From: Nemertoderma westbladi
Taxonomy: Eukaryota; Animalia; Xenacoelomorpha
Assembly: GCA_032718475.1 (NCBI GenBank)
Contig: JAUCBJ010008643.1
Location: forward strand, 1-59,407
DNA length: 59,407 nt
Direction: 5' to 3'
In this document: positions 39,024-52,443 of the stretch, one piece after another
How positions within the stretch are numbered: position 1 is the stretch's first letter
Layout of the letters: the number at the start of each line of letters is the position of its first letter
Translations under genes and position numbers: made by a program
The notes under the pieces: model-generated
Databases searched by the model: none
Told to the model about the DNA's origin: nothing
The model's input: only the letters and a program-made list of their open reading frames with translations

Positions 39024-39198
39024 CCTGTGGGTGCTTGACTTGGTCGATTCGATTATTAATTATTTTATTCTGACTAGGCCTATTAATGAAATTCCCGTTT
39101 ATTTTAACAGTTGTTGACCCACAATGTTACATATGCGTAATGCCTCCACTTGTCTTTGTATCCAGTCCACATATTATATGAAAATTGTATTTTTATAG

Positions 39199-39326
39199 GG
39201 ACAATTATCTCCATGATTCTGGAACGATATATTGCTACAAAGTCTCTTAGATTCCTCGACTTGTTGTCTGCGATTAAGTCGCCAATACATTTACAGGTGT
39301 TTGAAAAGCTGACTGAATGTATGAAG
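39199..39326 (+). CDS. TSC1: Hamartin coding exon 2
   Basis: GTIISMILERYIATKSLRFLDLLSAIKSPIHLQVFEKLTECMK. AG/GT boundaries with consistent phases. Confidence 0.85.
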
Positions 39327-39640
39327 GTTAGTGAGTCTCCTTATGCAGGTTGATACCGGTACCTTACAGCAGTACAGCTCTGTAGGATGTATTTACATTA
39401 ATACGAATACTTTTCGCTGCGTAGTAGATTATATTTAATGTTAGTTCCAAACCTTTTCTAATTAACTCTATTTATAAATATAGATAGATAATTAAATATA
39501 TCGTAAAATTGGCGAAATTTTTCAGAATTCGACAAAAGTTTCGCTTATGTTTCGTATAATTGTTTTGGTTTCGTTCATCTCAACCTAAGTTACAGTTCGA
39601 TCGCTTATTTAACGTTTTATATTCCATTGAATTCTTCTAG

Positions 39641-39788
39641 ACTTCTATCCCGGACAAACAGCTGCAGTTGGAGAGGAAACGGATGGCTCTACAAGTTCTG
39701 GGCCAATTAGTTTACAAACAACCGCCCTGGATCTCCGACATCATAAAGAATCCATGTTTCGTCGCTCTTATAAAGCAGTTAAAGGAAG
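39641..39788 (+). CDS. TSC1: Hamartin coding exon 3
   Basis: RMALQVLGQLVYKQPPWISDIIKNPCFVALIKQLKE, compare human LSLLGHVIRLQPSWKHKL. Confidence 0.88.
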
Positions 39789-40023
39789 GTTGGTAGATCG
39801 CGAATTCATATTGTTTGTTTTCCTCTGATAATTTAGTTTTAAAATATTTAAATAACAATAAAATTGGAAATAACAAATATGAAAATGTAAATTTTTAACA
39901 ATTAGAAATGTAAACATTTAATAAAGTTGATGTCCCCGCGTTATAATTCTATACTAATTAGGTAAATCTACTCGGTAAGTTTTCTAGAACGATAGTCTCC
40001 AGTTCCATCTGTTTCTTTTGTAG

Positions 40024-40208
40024 TCGACGATTGTGTGTTTATGGTTTGCGGCGTACTGGTTCTCGCCTCCTTGTTACCTATCGTCCCCGCCCTCAAGCCC
40101 TCGCAACTCGTCGATATATACGAGGTATTCGCAAGGCTAGTCCGCTGGGACTCCCATCCGAAACACCGCCCTTCTACCGTATCCGACGTCCTACTGCTGC
40201 ACGTACAG
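40024..40208 (+). CDS. TSC1: Hamartin coding exon 4 (GC donor)
   Basis: GVLVLASLLPIVP...YEVFARL...LLLHVQ, compare human GVLVLITMLPMIP. Donor is CAG|GCGAGT. Confidence 0.9.
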
Positions 40209-40227
40209 GCGAGTTGCTTAGGGGATT

Positions 40228-40730
40228 TAGAGTTGAAACAGAGACCTGTTTTTCTTAATCCCGGTAAACCAGAGCCCTACCCAGGGAATTATTTGGAAAA
40301 ATACCGGAGACCAGAGCCGGAGATCAGAGACTTTGCTTATTTTTCTACTTACAATTTGATTACTCCCCTATAGCACAAACAGGTACATACGGCCTTAAAA
40401 CTATTTTTCTATGGTTCAATTACAGTAAAGTAAATCCAACCCATTTCAACCCTTTTACCCATTGTAAGAAAATAAGAGCACGTACAGTTTGGGGGGCTTA
40501 ATTAATATTAATTTGGTTATTTACTTGTAAAAAATTTGTGAAAAATTATCTTCATTTCACATTTTTTGTTGTAGAGGATCTATTTTTAAATATCTATTTC
40601 TAATTTGTAAAATCACTGATCTCTGGGTAAAATGTCTGTTTTCAATACCCGGGAACCAGAGACCTATCCGGAGACCAAAAAACCGTCCGGAGAATCCAGA
40701 GATCAGTGACAAGTCTCTGTTTCAACTCTA
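40228..40730. mobile_element. MITE (hAT-like) with 18-bp TIRs
   Basis: TAGAGTTGAAACAGAGAC...GTCTCTGTTTCAACTCTA, with flanks GGGGATT/GGGGATAT. Confidence 0.85.
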
Positions 40731-41145
40731 GGGGATATATACTTTAGGGTCGCAAGCGATGAAATAAACTTACTGTATTTACCAACATAAAAACTTTATG
40801 TTGCAATGAAGGTCAACTGAGCTGAGTTTATTATTTAATAATAAAATAAATTTACCTTTAAAATTATAGGATATTAAATCTCCAGTAACTTTATTTAAAT
40901 TTAATAGACGGCAGTTTGTTGTCTGAATACTTTTATTTCTTCTTTAATTATCGATTGGGTATCAACCGGGTGTGGAAGTCTTGCTCGGAGACGAAACGGG
41001 TTCATTAATACAATATTTTTTTAAATAATTTATTTTCAATAGTAATTTAATAAAATATTAAAATAATCAGATGAGATTTATTTCTAAATCTATTTTAAAT
41101 ACTGAGGGTGTTGTGGGGAAAATGCGATAAATTTTATATTTCTTC

Positions 41146-41553
41146 TCGTGTTTAATCGGGATCCCGGCAAAAAATGCGATCCCGGTCCCGATCCCGACTT
41201 TTTTGGAACGGGATCCCGATGTATAAATACTGAAATATATTTCTTTAATATCCGATGAATAGCTACTCCAGGACAGAACTGTTATGACCGTATTGAATTG
41301 TCGAATTAGTGGATGTCAGTAAACCATCCAGTATTCAATTGTAAATACATTTTATATAATTTCATCTCACTAATATTTCAGCAATGTGAAATAATGTGAT
41401 ATAATTTTGCCAATAATGCGTTTTATACTAATACATCAATATATAATTGTATTAAAAATTTCAATCCCTGTCCCGAAAATCGGGATTTCCTAGAATGATA
41501 ATCCCGGTCCCAATCCCGGAAATCCCGAAAAGTCTTATCCCGTTTAAACACTA
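41146..41553. mobile_element. MITE with TIR TAGTGTTTAAACGGGAT
   Basis: Inverted termini and subterminal ATCCCG repeats. Related copies lie at ~49919 and ~50493. Confidence 0.8.
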
Positions 41554-41619
41554 ATAATTTCTTCGCTAGAAAAATTTAAGCCGCGGCCCCGATCGTTTCC
41601 TATAATAGAGATATAACCG

Positions 41620-44600
41620 GAAGTTAGATCAACTCTTCTGGCCGGAAGTGACGTACTATATCGAGAGAACCACGATGTTTCCGTTCGGTTACACCAGCTC
41701 TTCCGACCGGAAAAAACGTCAGCTTTTCCGACCGGAAGTGACGTACTATATCGAGTGAACCACGATGTTTCCGTTCGGTTACATCAGCTCTCTTCCGACC
41801 GGAAGTGACGTACTATATCGAGTGATCCATGATTTTCGGTTTAGTTTACATCAGCTCTTCCGGCCGGAAGTGACGTCATCTCTTCCGACCGGAAGTGATG
41901 TACTATATCGAGTGAACCACGATGTTTCCGTTCGGTTACATCAGCTCTCTTCCGACCGGAAGTGACATACTATTTCGAGTGAACCATGATGTATCGGTTT
42001 GGTTTACATCAGCTCTTCCGGCCGGAAGTGACGTCATCTCTTCCGACCGGAAGTGACGTACTATATCGAGTGAACCACGATGTTTCCGTTCGGTTACATC
42101 AGCTCTCTTCCGACCGGAAGTGACATACTATTTCGAGTGAACCATGATGTATCGGTTTGGTTTACATCAGCTCTTCCGGCCGGAAGTGACGTCATCTCTT
42201 CCGACCGGAAGTGACGTACTATATCGAGTGAACCACGATGTTTCCGTTCGGTTACATCAGCTCTCTTCCGACCGGAAGTGACATACTATTTCGAGTGAAC
42301 CATGATGTATCGGTTTGGTTTACATCAGCTCTTCCGGCCGGCAGTGACGTCATCTCTTCCGACCGGAAGTGACGTACTATATCGAGTGAACCACGATATT
42401 TCCGTTTGGTTACATCAGCTCTCTTCCGACCGGAAGTGACGTACTATATCGAGTAAACCACGATATTACCGTTTGGTTACATCAGCTCTTCCGACCGGAA
42501 GTGACGTACTATATCGAGTGAACCACGATATTCCCGTTTGGTTACATCAACTCTTCCGACCGGAAGTGACGTACTATATCGAGTGAACCACGATGTTTCG
42601 GTTTGGTTTACAACAGCTCTTCCGGCCGGAAGTGATGTCATCTCTTCCGACCGGAAGTGACGTACTATATCGAGTAAACCTCGATATTTCCGTTTGGTTA
42701 CATCAACTCTTCCGACCGGAAGTGATGTCAGCTCTTCCGACCGGAAGTGACGTACTATAACGAGTGAACCACGATATTTCCGCTTGGTTATATCAACTCT
42801 TCCGACCGGAAGTGACGTATTATATCGAGTGAACCACGATGTTTCCGTTTGGTTACATCAACTCTACTCCCGACCGTAAGTGACGTACTATATCGAGTAA
42901 ACTACGATATTTCCGTTTGGTTACATCAGCTCTTCCGACCGGAAGTGATGTCAGCTCTTCCGACCGGAAGTGACGTACTATAACGAGTGAACCACGATAT
43001 TTCCGCTTGGTTATATCAACTCTTCCGACCGGAAGTGACGTATTATATCGAGTGAACCACGATGTTTCCGTTTGGTTACATCAACTCTACTCCCGACCGG
43101 AAGTGACGTACTATAACGAGTGAACCACGATATTTCCGTTTGGTTACATCAACTCTTCCGACCGGAAGTGATGTACTATATCGAGTGAACCACGATGTTT
43201 CCGTCTGAACCACGATATTTCCGTTTGGTTACATCAACTCTTCCGACCGGAAGTGATGTACTATATCGAGTGAACCACGATGTTTCCGTTTGGTTACATC
43301 AACTCTACTCCCGACCGGATGTGACGTGCTATAACGAGTGAACCACGATATTTCCGTTTGGTTACATCAACTCTTCCGACCGGAAGTGACGTACTATATC
43401 GAGTGAACCACGATGTTTCCGTTTGGTTACATCAGCTCTTCCGACCGGAAGTGACGTACTATATCGAGTGAACTACGATGTTTCCGTTTGGTTACATCAA
43501 CTCTCTTCCGACCGGAAGTGGTACTATATCGAGTGAACCACGATATTTCCGTTTGGTTACATCAACTCTACCGACCGGAAGTGACGTACTATATCGAGTG
43601 AACCACGATGTTTCCGTTTGGTTACATCAACTCTTCCGACCGGAATTGACGTACTATATCGAGTGAACCACGATGTTTCCGTTTGGTTACATCAACTCTT
43701 CCGACCGGAAGTGACGTACTATATCGAGTGAACCACGATGTTTCCGTTTGGTTACATCAACTCTTCCGACCGGAAGTGACGTACTATATCGAGTGAACCA
43801 CGATGTTTCCGTTTGGTTACATCAACTCTTCCGACCGGAAGTGACGTACTATATCGAGTGAACCACGATGTTTCCGTTTGGTTACATCAACTCTTCCGAC
43901 CGGAAGTGACGTACTATATCGAGTGAACCACGATGTTTCCGTTTGGTTACATCAACTCTTCCGACCGGAAGTGACGTACTATATCGAGTGAACCATGATG
44001 TTTCCGTTTGGTTACATCAACTCTTCCGACCGGAAGTGACGTGCTATATCGAGTGAACCACGATGTTTCCGTTTGGTTACATCAACTCTCTTCCGACCGG
44101 AAGTGGTACTATATCGAGTGAACCACGATATTTTCGTTTGGTTACATCAGCTCTCTTCCGACCGGAAGTGACGTACTATATCGAGTGAACCACGATGTTT
44201 CCGTTTGGTTACATCAACTCTTCCGACCGGAAGTGACGTACTATATCGAGTGAACCACGATGTTTCCGTTTGGTTACATCAACTCTTCCGACCGGAAGTG
44301 ACGTACTATATCGAGTGAACCACGATGTTTCCGTTTGGTTACATCAACTCTTCCGACCGGAAGTGACGTACTATATCGAGTGAACCATGATGTTTCCGTT
44401 TGGTTACATCAACTCTTCCGACCGGAAGTGACGTACTATATCGAGTGAACCATGATGTTTCCGTTTGGTTACATCAACTCTTCCGACCGGATGTGACGTG
44501 CTATATCGAGTGAACCACGATGTTTCCGTTTGGTTACATCAACTCTTCCGACCGGAAGTGATGTACTATATCGAGTGAACCACGATATTTCCGTTTGGTT

Positions 44601-45240
44601 ACATCAGCTCTCTTCCGACCGGAAGTGACGTACTATATCGAGTGAACCACGATATTTCCGTTTGGTTACATCAGCTCTCTTTCCGTTTGGTTACCATCAG
44701 CTCTCTTCCGACCGGAAGTGACGTACTATATCGAGTGAACCACGATATTTCCGTTTGGTTACATCAGCTCTCTTCCGACTGGAAGTGACGTACTATATCG
44801 AGTGAACCACGATGTTTCCGTTTGGTTACATCAGCTCTCTTCCGACCGGAAGTGACGTACTTTATCGAGTGAACCACGATGTTTCCGTTTGGTTACATCA
44901 GCTCTCTTCCGACCGGAAGTGACGTACTATATCGAGTGAACCACGATATTTCCGTTTGGTTACATCAACTCTTCCGACCGGAAGTGACGTACTATATCGA
45001 GTGAACCACGATGTTTCCGTTTGGTTACATCAGCTCTCTTCCGACCGGAAGTGACGTACTATATCGAGTGAACCACGATGTTTCCGTTTGGTTACATCAA
45101 CTCTTCCGACCGGAAGTGACGTACTATATCGAGTGAACCACGATGTTTCCGTTTGGTTACATCAGCTCTCTTCCGACCGGAAGTGACGTACTATATCGAG
45201 TGAACCACGATGTTTCCGTTTGGTTACATCAACTCTTCCG
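41620..45240. repeat. 65-bp satellite in TSC1 intron 4
   Basis: The unit is CTCTTCCGACCGGAAGTGACGTACTATATCGAGTGAACCACGATGTTTCCGTTTGGTTACATCAA, about 55 copies with shorter variants at the left. Confidence 0.97.
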
Positions 45241-45254
45241 CTTCTACCTTTCAG

Positions 45255-45441
45255 ATCTCGGCGTTCTGTTTATTTAGTCGTCTCTACGGCATGTATCCAT
45301 GCAACATGCTGGCGTTGCTACGTAGAGATTACACCCTGGCGGCCTCCTACGACCATTCTAGACGAACCGAGATGGCATACCAGTTCGCCAAGTCAATAAA
45401 ACCTATGTTGGAGAGATGCCGGTTGCATCCAAAACTAATAG
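45255..45441 (+). CDS. TSC1: Hamartin coding exon 5
   Basis: LFSRLYGMYPCN...IKPMLERCRLHPKLI matches the diagnostic hamartin motif LFHRLYGMYPCNF. Confidence 0.96.
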
Positions 45442-45969
45442 GTGGGTTAAAGGAGACAAGAGGCGCATAAAACTGTTCATTTTCAATGTAATAGGACATC
45501 TTAGTATGGCATTTTTTTAATGATCACATTTTGATTTAGAAATACGTTGAAAATATAAAATAAGTACTTTTTATTATTAATTCGAGCTACGAAATAGTGA
45601 AGTGAAAGTTTCTTCAAATAGTGCGAATCTCAAATTGTTGACTTGAAATTTTATCTTTTCTATAGTTGTAATTTTCTGGAAATAGTATTGAAATTAATAA
45701 TATTAGAATTAAAGGAGACAATATTAACAATACTGCAGCTGCATCATAATGTATACAATTATTATTAAAGGTAGGACTGCAAATGAGTAAATAAGAGTGA
45801 CAAATTTCTATAATAATAATATTTGCTTATCTGGTCCCACCTGGTCATCAATGCCGACATTGTTAAGCTGTGCCGGTCCGGTCGGTACCCAAAGAAAATT
45901 CTAACAAACCAAATATCAAATAAATTGTATAATAGGAGTTCAAACTAACTCAAACTAACCTTACAAATT

Positions 45970-46170
45970 GCATCGTGGGTTCGATCCTCATGGGCCATAG
46001 GATAGTTTTTGTTTCGGCACGAATGCTTTGAAGGGACCAGCCAGGGCGCATCTCTACCTTGCATCCTTAAGTGGTAGCTAAATGAGTACTATAGTTTCTT
46101 CTGGGGAGTAAAGTTCTGGGGGGACCGCACTGTAAATAAGTTGTCTGCGTAATCCCTGGCCTAGCATCCG
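45970..46170 (+). mobile_element. Degenerate tRNA-derived SINE
   Basis: B box GGTTCGATCC and core CCTTGCATCCTTAAGTGGTAGCTAAATGAGTAC, similar to the SINE at 58036. Confidence 0.5.
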
Positions 46171-46353
46171 AAGAAAGTTTACTTTTTTTACATTTTACAA
46201 TATAAAGTCAGTGATTGTTTTAGAGGTCTCCACAGAGGTCTTTAAAGGTCTTTCTGCTCTACACAAAAGAGCAATTCAAATATCCCTCCATTTACTTATA
46301 GGTTATGTGTTCCCCCTTTCAAATTGACGCCTTCATTTTCTTTTGACTTTTAG

Positions 46354-46496
46354 AATACAGTTGTGATCTGGAATTAGATAAGTCACAATGGAAGAAACAT
46401 AGCAGTCAGGATATTGTTCTAGAATGCGCCAAGGTGTCATTAGATGCTTCTTCCACTAGGGACGACTTAGCGTATGGTCACCAACGTGTGTCCATG
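46354..46496 (+). CDS. TSC1: Hamartin coding exon 6
   Basis: ELDKSQWKKHSSQDIVLECAKVSLD, compare human [31 protein letters not shown] donor. Confidence 0.95.
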
Positions 46497-46666
46497 GTAA
46501 GTATGTCTTTTGTTCTTTCTATTACATTATAATCTTCACTGTGTTACATTGCCATGGCGGTTTTGGCAGAAGAGAACAAACAGATTTTACCTTTTCTACT
46601 GGAATAAGGTTCCGATGTGAAGTATACCAGAAGGTTTGAATGTAACCAAAACAATAAACTAATTAG

Positions 46667-48185
46667 TAGGGATGTGCCGGATTGACTATTTTCAAACCGG
46701 CCAAGCCGGAGCCGGATTTGTAAAAAAAATCAGGCCGGCATTCCAGCCATGCCGGATTTTATTTATATATCACCACTTTTTTTTCCTTGAATCAGCTATA
46801 TGGTACAAGGAATATGGTACCTTTATGCATGAACAGAACTGGAGGGAGTGAGTGTTAGGATCACCAGAGGCCTTTAAGTAAGTGAGATACCTGAACTGGA
46901 GGGAGTGAGTGTTAGGATCACCAGAGGCCTTTAAGTAAGTGAGATACCTGAACTGTAGCTGATTGTAGAAATAGGGTAATCTGTCCGGACCGGTAGTGCA
47001 GAAAAGTCTACTGGTACAGTTGTAGTAACCGGTATATCATGCCTACCGGTGTAATTGTGTTATCTAAAATATCTGATTGAATATATGTCGGACAGTCAGG
47101 AGTGATAACTTTATAGTCAATATTTCAGTGAGGGTACCACGTCATTTGGTCCTTTGGGTGTTAGGTCCTGCGTCGATAGATAACGTGCTGGATCATTATC
47201 AGCAACGTCATGATAAGGACTTTAACTTTAATAAGAATTCAGAAGTAGATTAGTAAGTGTATCTCAATTATCCCAACTAAACGGGATGAGAAAAGCGTTA
47301 TGCGTTGGTTGGCTACAAATAAGGGATCATTTCCTAATTTACAAATACTGTACATATATTTAGTATCACCAGCGTCTTATTTATTCCGCGTATTTATTCC
47401 GCGCGAATATTTGTAGAGGCTGGTAATGTATTTGATGAGAAACGCTCTCGTCTACTTCCGGATCGTGGAGAGAAACTAATATTTTTGTACCATAACCTTC
47501 GACGATTTGATATTTGATATAATGGATTGATTTGATAATAAATTGCAAATAGAAAAATAGAACGAAGAAATACTAGCTGTAGTTTTTTTATACTCTCTGA
47601 GTTAAATTGGATTTACTAGAGTTTCTAAATTGCCTGTCGAATTGTCGAATATATAAACTGGTCATTCGGCTTAATCTCAATTTATAACAATCCTACCTAG
47701 ACCAAACATTAACGCTTGCGCTCTGGGACACTATAATAATTATTGACTATAGTTATAATTAGAATATGAGTACAAATGTACTATTATGTATATTTAATGT
47801 GTTAGTGAGGCTGAGCCCAACCAAATACAAATATTATTGGCTAAAAGTAGTCAGTCAGCTCAGCAAGTATAGATAATCGTAAAATGATAGCTCTTCTTTA
47901 GACTTTATCATATTCATAATATTAATGAATGAATATAATACAAACAATGAAAATAATTGTATTGTATTCCATTGGATTTGGTTATGTTTAAATTTGTTTG
48001 AATTTAAAATAAAATTAATTTTCATGTTTTTTTTTCGAAAATTTACATTAATTGTAAATTTTGCCAACAGTTCGTTGAAATTGAAATCCGGCCAAAAAAT
48101 TGAAATCCGGCCGGAGCCGGAACCGGATTTTTTTCTCAAAATCCGGCCGGAATTCAGGCCCGGGCGGATATCCGGCTCACCCCTA
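46667..48185 (+). mobile_element. Internally deleted hAT DNA transposon
   Basis: TIRs TAGGGATGTGCCGGAT / ATCCGGCTCACCCCTA, perfect 8-bp TSD CTAATTAG, and a dimerisation-domain remnant IFVEAGNVFDEKRSRLLPDRGEKLIFLYHN at ~47405-47515. Confidence 0.92.
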
Positions 48186-48836
48186 CTAATTAGTAATGTG
48201 AGGGTTATAAGAAATGAGCGAAGTATAAATCACTTTTAAAAAACTACAAATTAAAAAATTTCAATAAAATTTCGACCGAAAAGTGAAATCCTGACAGTAT
48301 TCTTTATCACATCGGGCGGTATTGATTCGAATTATGGCTCTTATTCTAGTGAATATATACCTTGTAAAGATGGTTTTTATTACAATCAGAAATGTGTATT
48401 TCTCAATACTGTAGGCTTTAGTTTTTATTTTATATTTCTATTTCCCAGTAATTTTTTTCTGAAAACTGTTTATAATTTAATTTGTACTATTTATTAAAAA
48501 CGGCACCCTCTAATGTTGCTATACTTTGGTATATTTTAGGTACATGTGCGGCAGTCCACAGTTAGAAATGCATACTGCTCCTAAAAGCAAATATGTAAAT
48601 AAAGTTTAAGGTAAATTTTGGGTGGAATATATTGAATTGTAATATTTAAAAAGCATCTTAGCGAACAGAGTCAAAATATATATTTTTGACTTAAAATGCA
48701 TCTCCTTTGTTATGCTTTATTTTCAGAAATTGTAACCTGTTTTTTTTGGAATCAATGTGGTCGATTACGTGAAAAAAAATTAGATTTTTTGTTATAATTT
48801 ATAAATAAGTTTTTCTTCTTTCTTGTATCATAATAG

Positions 48837-49111
48837 TACTGGTCCAACCGGAGTGCCGGTCAGCTGCAGTCCGGCTCACCGATGCCGGGGAGGTCCGCGT
48901 CAGGAGGGTTGGTTGCCTCAACCACCTCGACTACAGGGGGTCTTCTACGGAGTCCCTACTTGGAGACACAGTGGACCCCCTCCGTCTACTACTACCAGTA
49001 CTCACCCACCCAGTCGGAACTGTCGTTGGGAACGTGGGAACGGAATACACCCGGGGTGACATCCAGTCGGGGTTCCCCCGCCAGTATGGAGGGCGCGGAA
49101 CGGTACAGAAG
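48837..49111 (+). CDS. TSC1: Hamartin coding exon 7
   Basis: Ser/Pro-rich with WTPS (compare WSPS). AG/GT boundaries with consistent phases. Confidence 0.8.
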
Positions 49112-49160
49112 GTTAGTGAATGTTCCTTACGTCTATGTTCGTAAATCCAGTAGATTGTGG

Positions 49161-50254
49161 GGTAATGTTTCGATACGAGTACCTTACCTATGCCAATTTT
49201 TTATACTGTTTAGTTTTTGCTTCTTTTTTGTAATGTTCTAGATAGAATATGTTAGCTTTTTATTTGTTTTTTTTTGTTTTTTTATTTGTTCTAGAACAAA
49301 TATTTTTAAAAATGAATTAATAATAATATTTATAAAAGAATATTATTATATTGCCTATCCAAATATGCGTCAACAACTGGGATCCTCCACGCTGTTGACA
49401 ACCCAAAGGATGCCGAAATATCATTGGTCAATTTGCAAGGAAAGAGACGCCGCTTTGCGGCGCAGTTCCTATCTAACGCTTTCCATCATAAGATCTGCCG
49501 CACCAATAAATGTTGGAGGCCGGTCACAGGTTGTATCTGTCGTCTCTGTGGTCAACCTGCGGAGGAATATTCACACTATCTTGATTGTCAGTCATTAGGA
49601 AATCTAAATCTAACACCAACACCACTACAACTAGCCGCTCACCTCAACTGCAAATTATAATTATAGCGGAACTCCGACATGGGGACGACCCCCATTCAGG
49701 CTGATTTATATAACTTTTAATATATATTTATTTTTAATTTAATAACTTTTAATAATTCATTTTAACACACAACGCTTTGTTGTAATAAAGAAATATAATT
49801 GTCATAAAAGAATATTTTAAAAAAGTAGCTATTTTTAAAAATTATAAATATATTTTTTTTCTTTACTAACTGATGTTTTACATCAAACAGTTACTTTTTG
49901 GAGACATGGTAGATAGTATAATGTCTAAACGAGATCCCGATCCCGAAAAACCGAGATCCCGGCGAAAAATGCAATCCCGATCCCGGAAATCCCGAAAAGT
50001 CTGATCCCGTTTAAACACTAGTAGCTAATATTTTTTTAAATTATATTTTGTTTTGCCAACAACAATGTAATTTATTTTATTAGAAATATTCAATAATTTG
50101 TATTGTAATCTTTAAAAATGTTCCAAAAGAATAAATTTGTTCTAGGAAACGCTTATTTTTTTTAAACAAATAGCTAACATATTCTAGAACAATAAATAAA
50201 AGTAGCAAAAACTAGATAGTGTAATAAATTTCGTAAGGGTATCGAAACAGTACC
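49161..50254. mobile_element. Old element with ~150-bp degenerate inverted termini
   Basis: GGTAATGTTTCGATAC...TAGAATATGTTAGCT is mirrored at 50110..50254. Confidence 0.5.
49919..50020. mobile_element. Short copy of the GTTTAAACGGGAT MITE
   Basis: Only the two termini are retained. Confidence 0.65.
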
Positions 50255-50492
50255 GGTTGCGGTTAGTGAATGTCCCTTACATGTTGTACTCGTAGACGTG
50301 TGTTGTATTATAGGGTAGTGCTTACAGTAAACAGGATACGATGGCGATGGTAAAGTCGTATAAGTCACATTCGATCGATCCCGAGTAGTACTCAAACTCC
50401 TATAGCTCGAACAGCTGATGCGTGTCGAACGGGATGGTTAATCGGGATGTTGGGTAGGCCCACCGAGCCTGTAAATTATCATTATTCCCTTT

Positions 50493-50880
50493 TACTGTTT
50501 AAACGGGATCAGACTTTCGGGATTTCCGGGATCGGGACCGGGATTAACACTCTCGGGATCCTGTTTTTTGGGATCGGGGTTGCAATTTTGGATTAAGTTC
50601 CATTATATTAGAGTATGCTGCGGGTTTTGGGTAACACTCACTTTATTTTACACTTCTGAAATATTAGTAGAGATCAAGTTATATCAAAATTATCTTACAA
50701 TTGATTACTGGATGATAAAAATTCGATATAATCCAAACATTTCCGTTCTGCTGGAACTATTTATCTGATATTCGACAAATTTACTGAATTTATACTTCGG
50801 GATCCCGTTCCAAAAAAGTCGGGATTGGATTTTTCGCCGGGATCCCGGTTTTTCGGGATAGGAATCCCGTTTAAACACTA
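50493..50880. mobile_element. GTTTAAACGGGAT MITE, opposite orientation to the 41146 copy
   Basis: TACTGTTTAAACGGGAT...ATCCCGTTTAAACACTA. Confidence 0.8.
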
Positions 50881-50977
50881 TCCCCATATAATACATTTCT
50901 GAATTGATTAATTCGTAAATAAATTTAACCGGTATTTTAGTTAGTGCTTTAGCTCTGCTGATTTACTTTATTTCCAG

Positions 50978-51160
50978 TTTGACTTGTATCGGTGCGTTTC
51001 GAGGTGGCAACTACTCCTTGGCTCCAATCGATACGAATCCGTTACCGAATCCTGCTCCGATCAACCGCCCCAGTCGATCCGTACCCTCAACCCCCCGCAA
51101 TAACAACCCCGATGCTGTTGTCTTCGATTACTCCACAAAGCCCCTGCAGCCACGAACTAG
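50978..51160 (+). CDS. TSC1: Hamartin coding exon 8
   Basis: Open phase-2/phase-2 exon bounded by TTTCCAG and GTAAAG; Pro/Ser-rich. Confidence 0.75.
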
Positions 51161-51657
51161 GTAAAGCTGTTAGTTAGAATTCAAGTATAGGAGGTAAGGG
51201 AGATTATATGGTATACAAGGTAAAGCAGTTAGTTAGATGCAAGTAGGTAAGGGAGATTATATGGTATACAACTTCTTCCAAAAGTATATAATAAATATCT
51301 GTAATAAATTTTTCACCATATTTCACAGAATAATATAATACGTAAACGTAAAACCAACTTGTGAACCAATTGCAATACTTTTTGACAATCAAACTGCATA
51401 ATCCGCATTGCTGCCACTCTATAAACTTTTTGATTGTTGTTAAACTTTCATTTACATTTCTTCTCGCTCTTAAAGTTTTCAATTTTTAGATACGACCAAC
51501 AACTATAACCTATAAAACATTCGTCTAATCTGCATAAAATAGGCAGCATAAAATGCACTAGGATCCTGCCACTGGATCTAATCCGGCCTCGACCATCTGT
51601 TTTTTTGCTTTGCTTTTTAATTTCTTGTTGGTCTATAATTATTATTGTTATTCGCAG

Positions 51658-51889
51658 ACACAGCACCGCCCCTCAACGGCCGTCCTCCGCAATACGCGCC
51701 GTCGTCCACAGTGTCGGCGGTAGTTCGGGTCTATCCTCGTCGCAGAGCAGCGTAAAGGGAAGCGGTGACGTCATGGATGCGACGAGAATCCCAGCCAATC
51801 AGGATGCCGGACGCCAAGTGGTAGCCAATCAGCTGAAGGAAGTCGTAGAACTACTCAGTGAGAAGGGAAGTCCGGAATCTGAGAACCGA
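51658..51889 (+). CDS. TSC1: Hamartin coding exon 9
   Basis: Open exon bounded by TTCGCAG and GTTAGT, with consistent phases. Confidence 0.75.
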
Positions 51890-52199
51890 GTTAGTATCTT
51901 AGCAACCCCACCAGTTGCACTAATTATTGTATCTAATTCTACTGTGATGAATTAATATTTACAATAATTCAATATTTGCTTTTACGTCTAATACAATATG
52001 TAGGGATCCCTAAGGCCCACTTGTCTCTTGGCTAATTACCTATATTAACACCAGAGGCAGGGATCCCGAAGACCCACTTCTCTCTTGGCTGCTACCTATA
52101 ACACCATATGCAGGAACCCGAAGGTCCAGTAATCTCTTGGCTATTACCTATAAGGGTCACTCATATCACCTATAAGGTGCGCCACTCAACTCCCAAATT

Positions 52200-52443
52200 T
52201 CTCTAACTTTATGTGACTCTCTAACTTTATGTGAGTCTCTAACTTTATGTGACTCTCTAACTTTAAGTGACTCTCTAACTTAATGGGACTCTCTAACTTT
52301 ATGTGACTCTCTAACTTTATGTGACTCTCTAACTTTATGTGACTCTCTAACTTTATGTGACTCTCTAACCTTATGTGACTCTCTAACTTTATGTGACTCT
52401 CTAACTTTATGTGACTCTCTAACTTTATGTGACTCTCTAACTC
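52200..52443. repeat. 18-bp minisatellite CTCTAACTTTATGTGACT
   Basis: About 13 copies ending just before the exon 10 acceptor. Confidence 0.95.

Noticed and set aside
41620-45240. 65-bp period with an internal palindrome resembling CRISPR repeat-spacer units
   Set aside because: The entire unit is repeated and there is no variable spacer.
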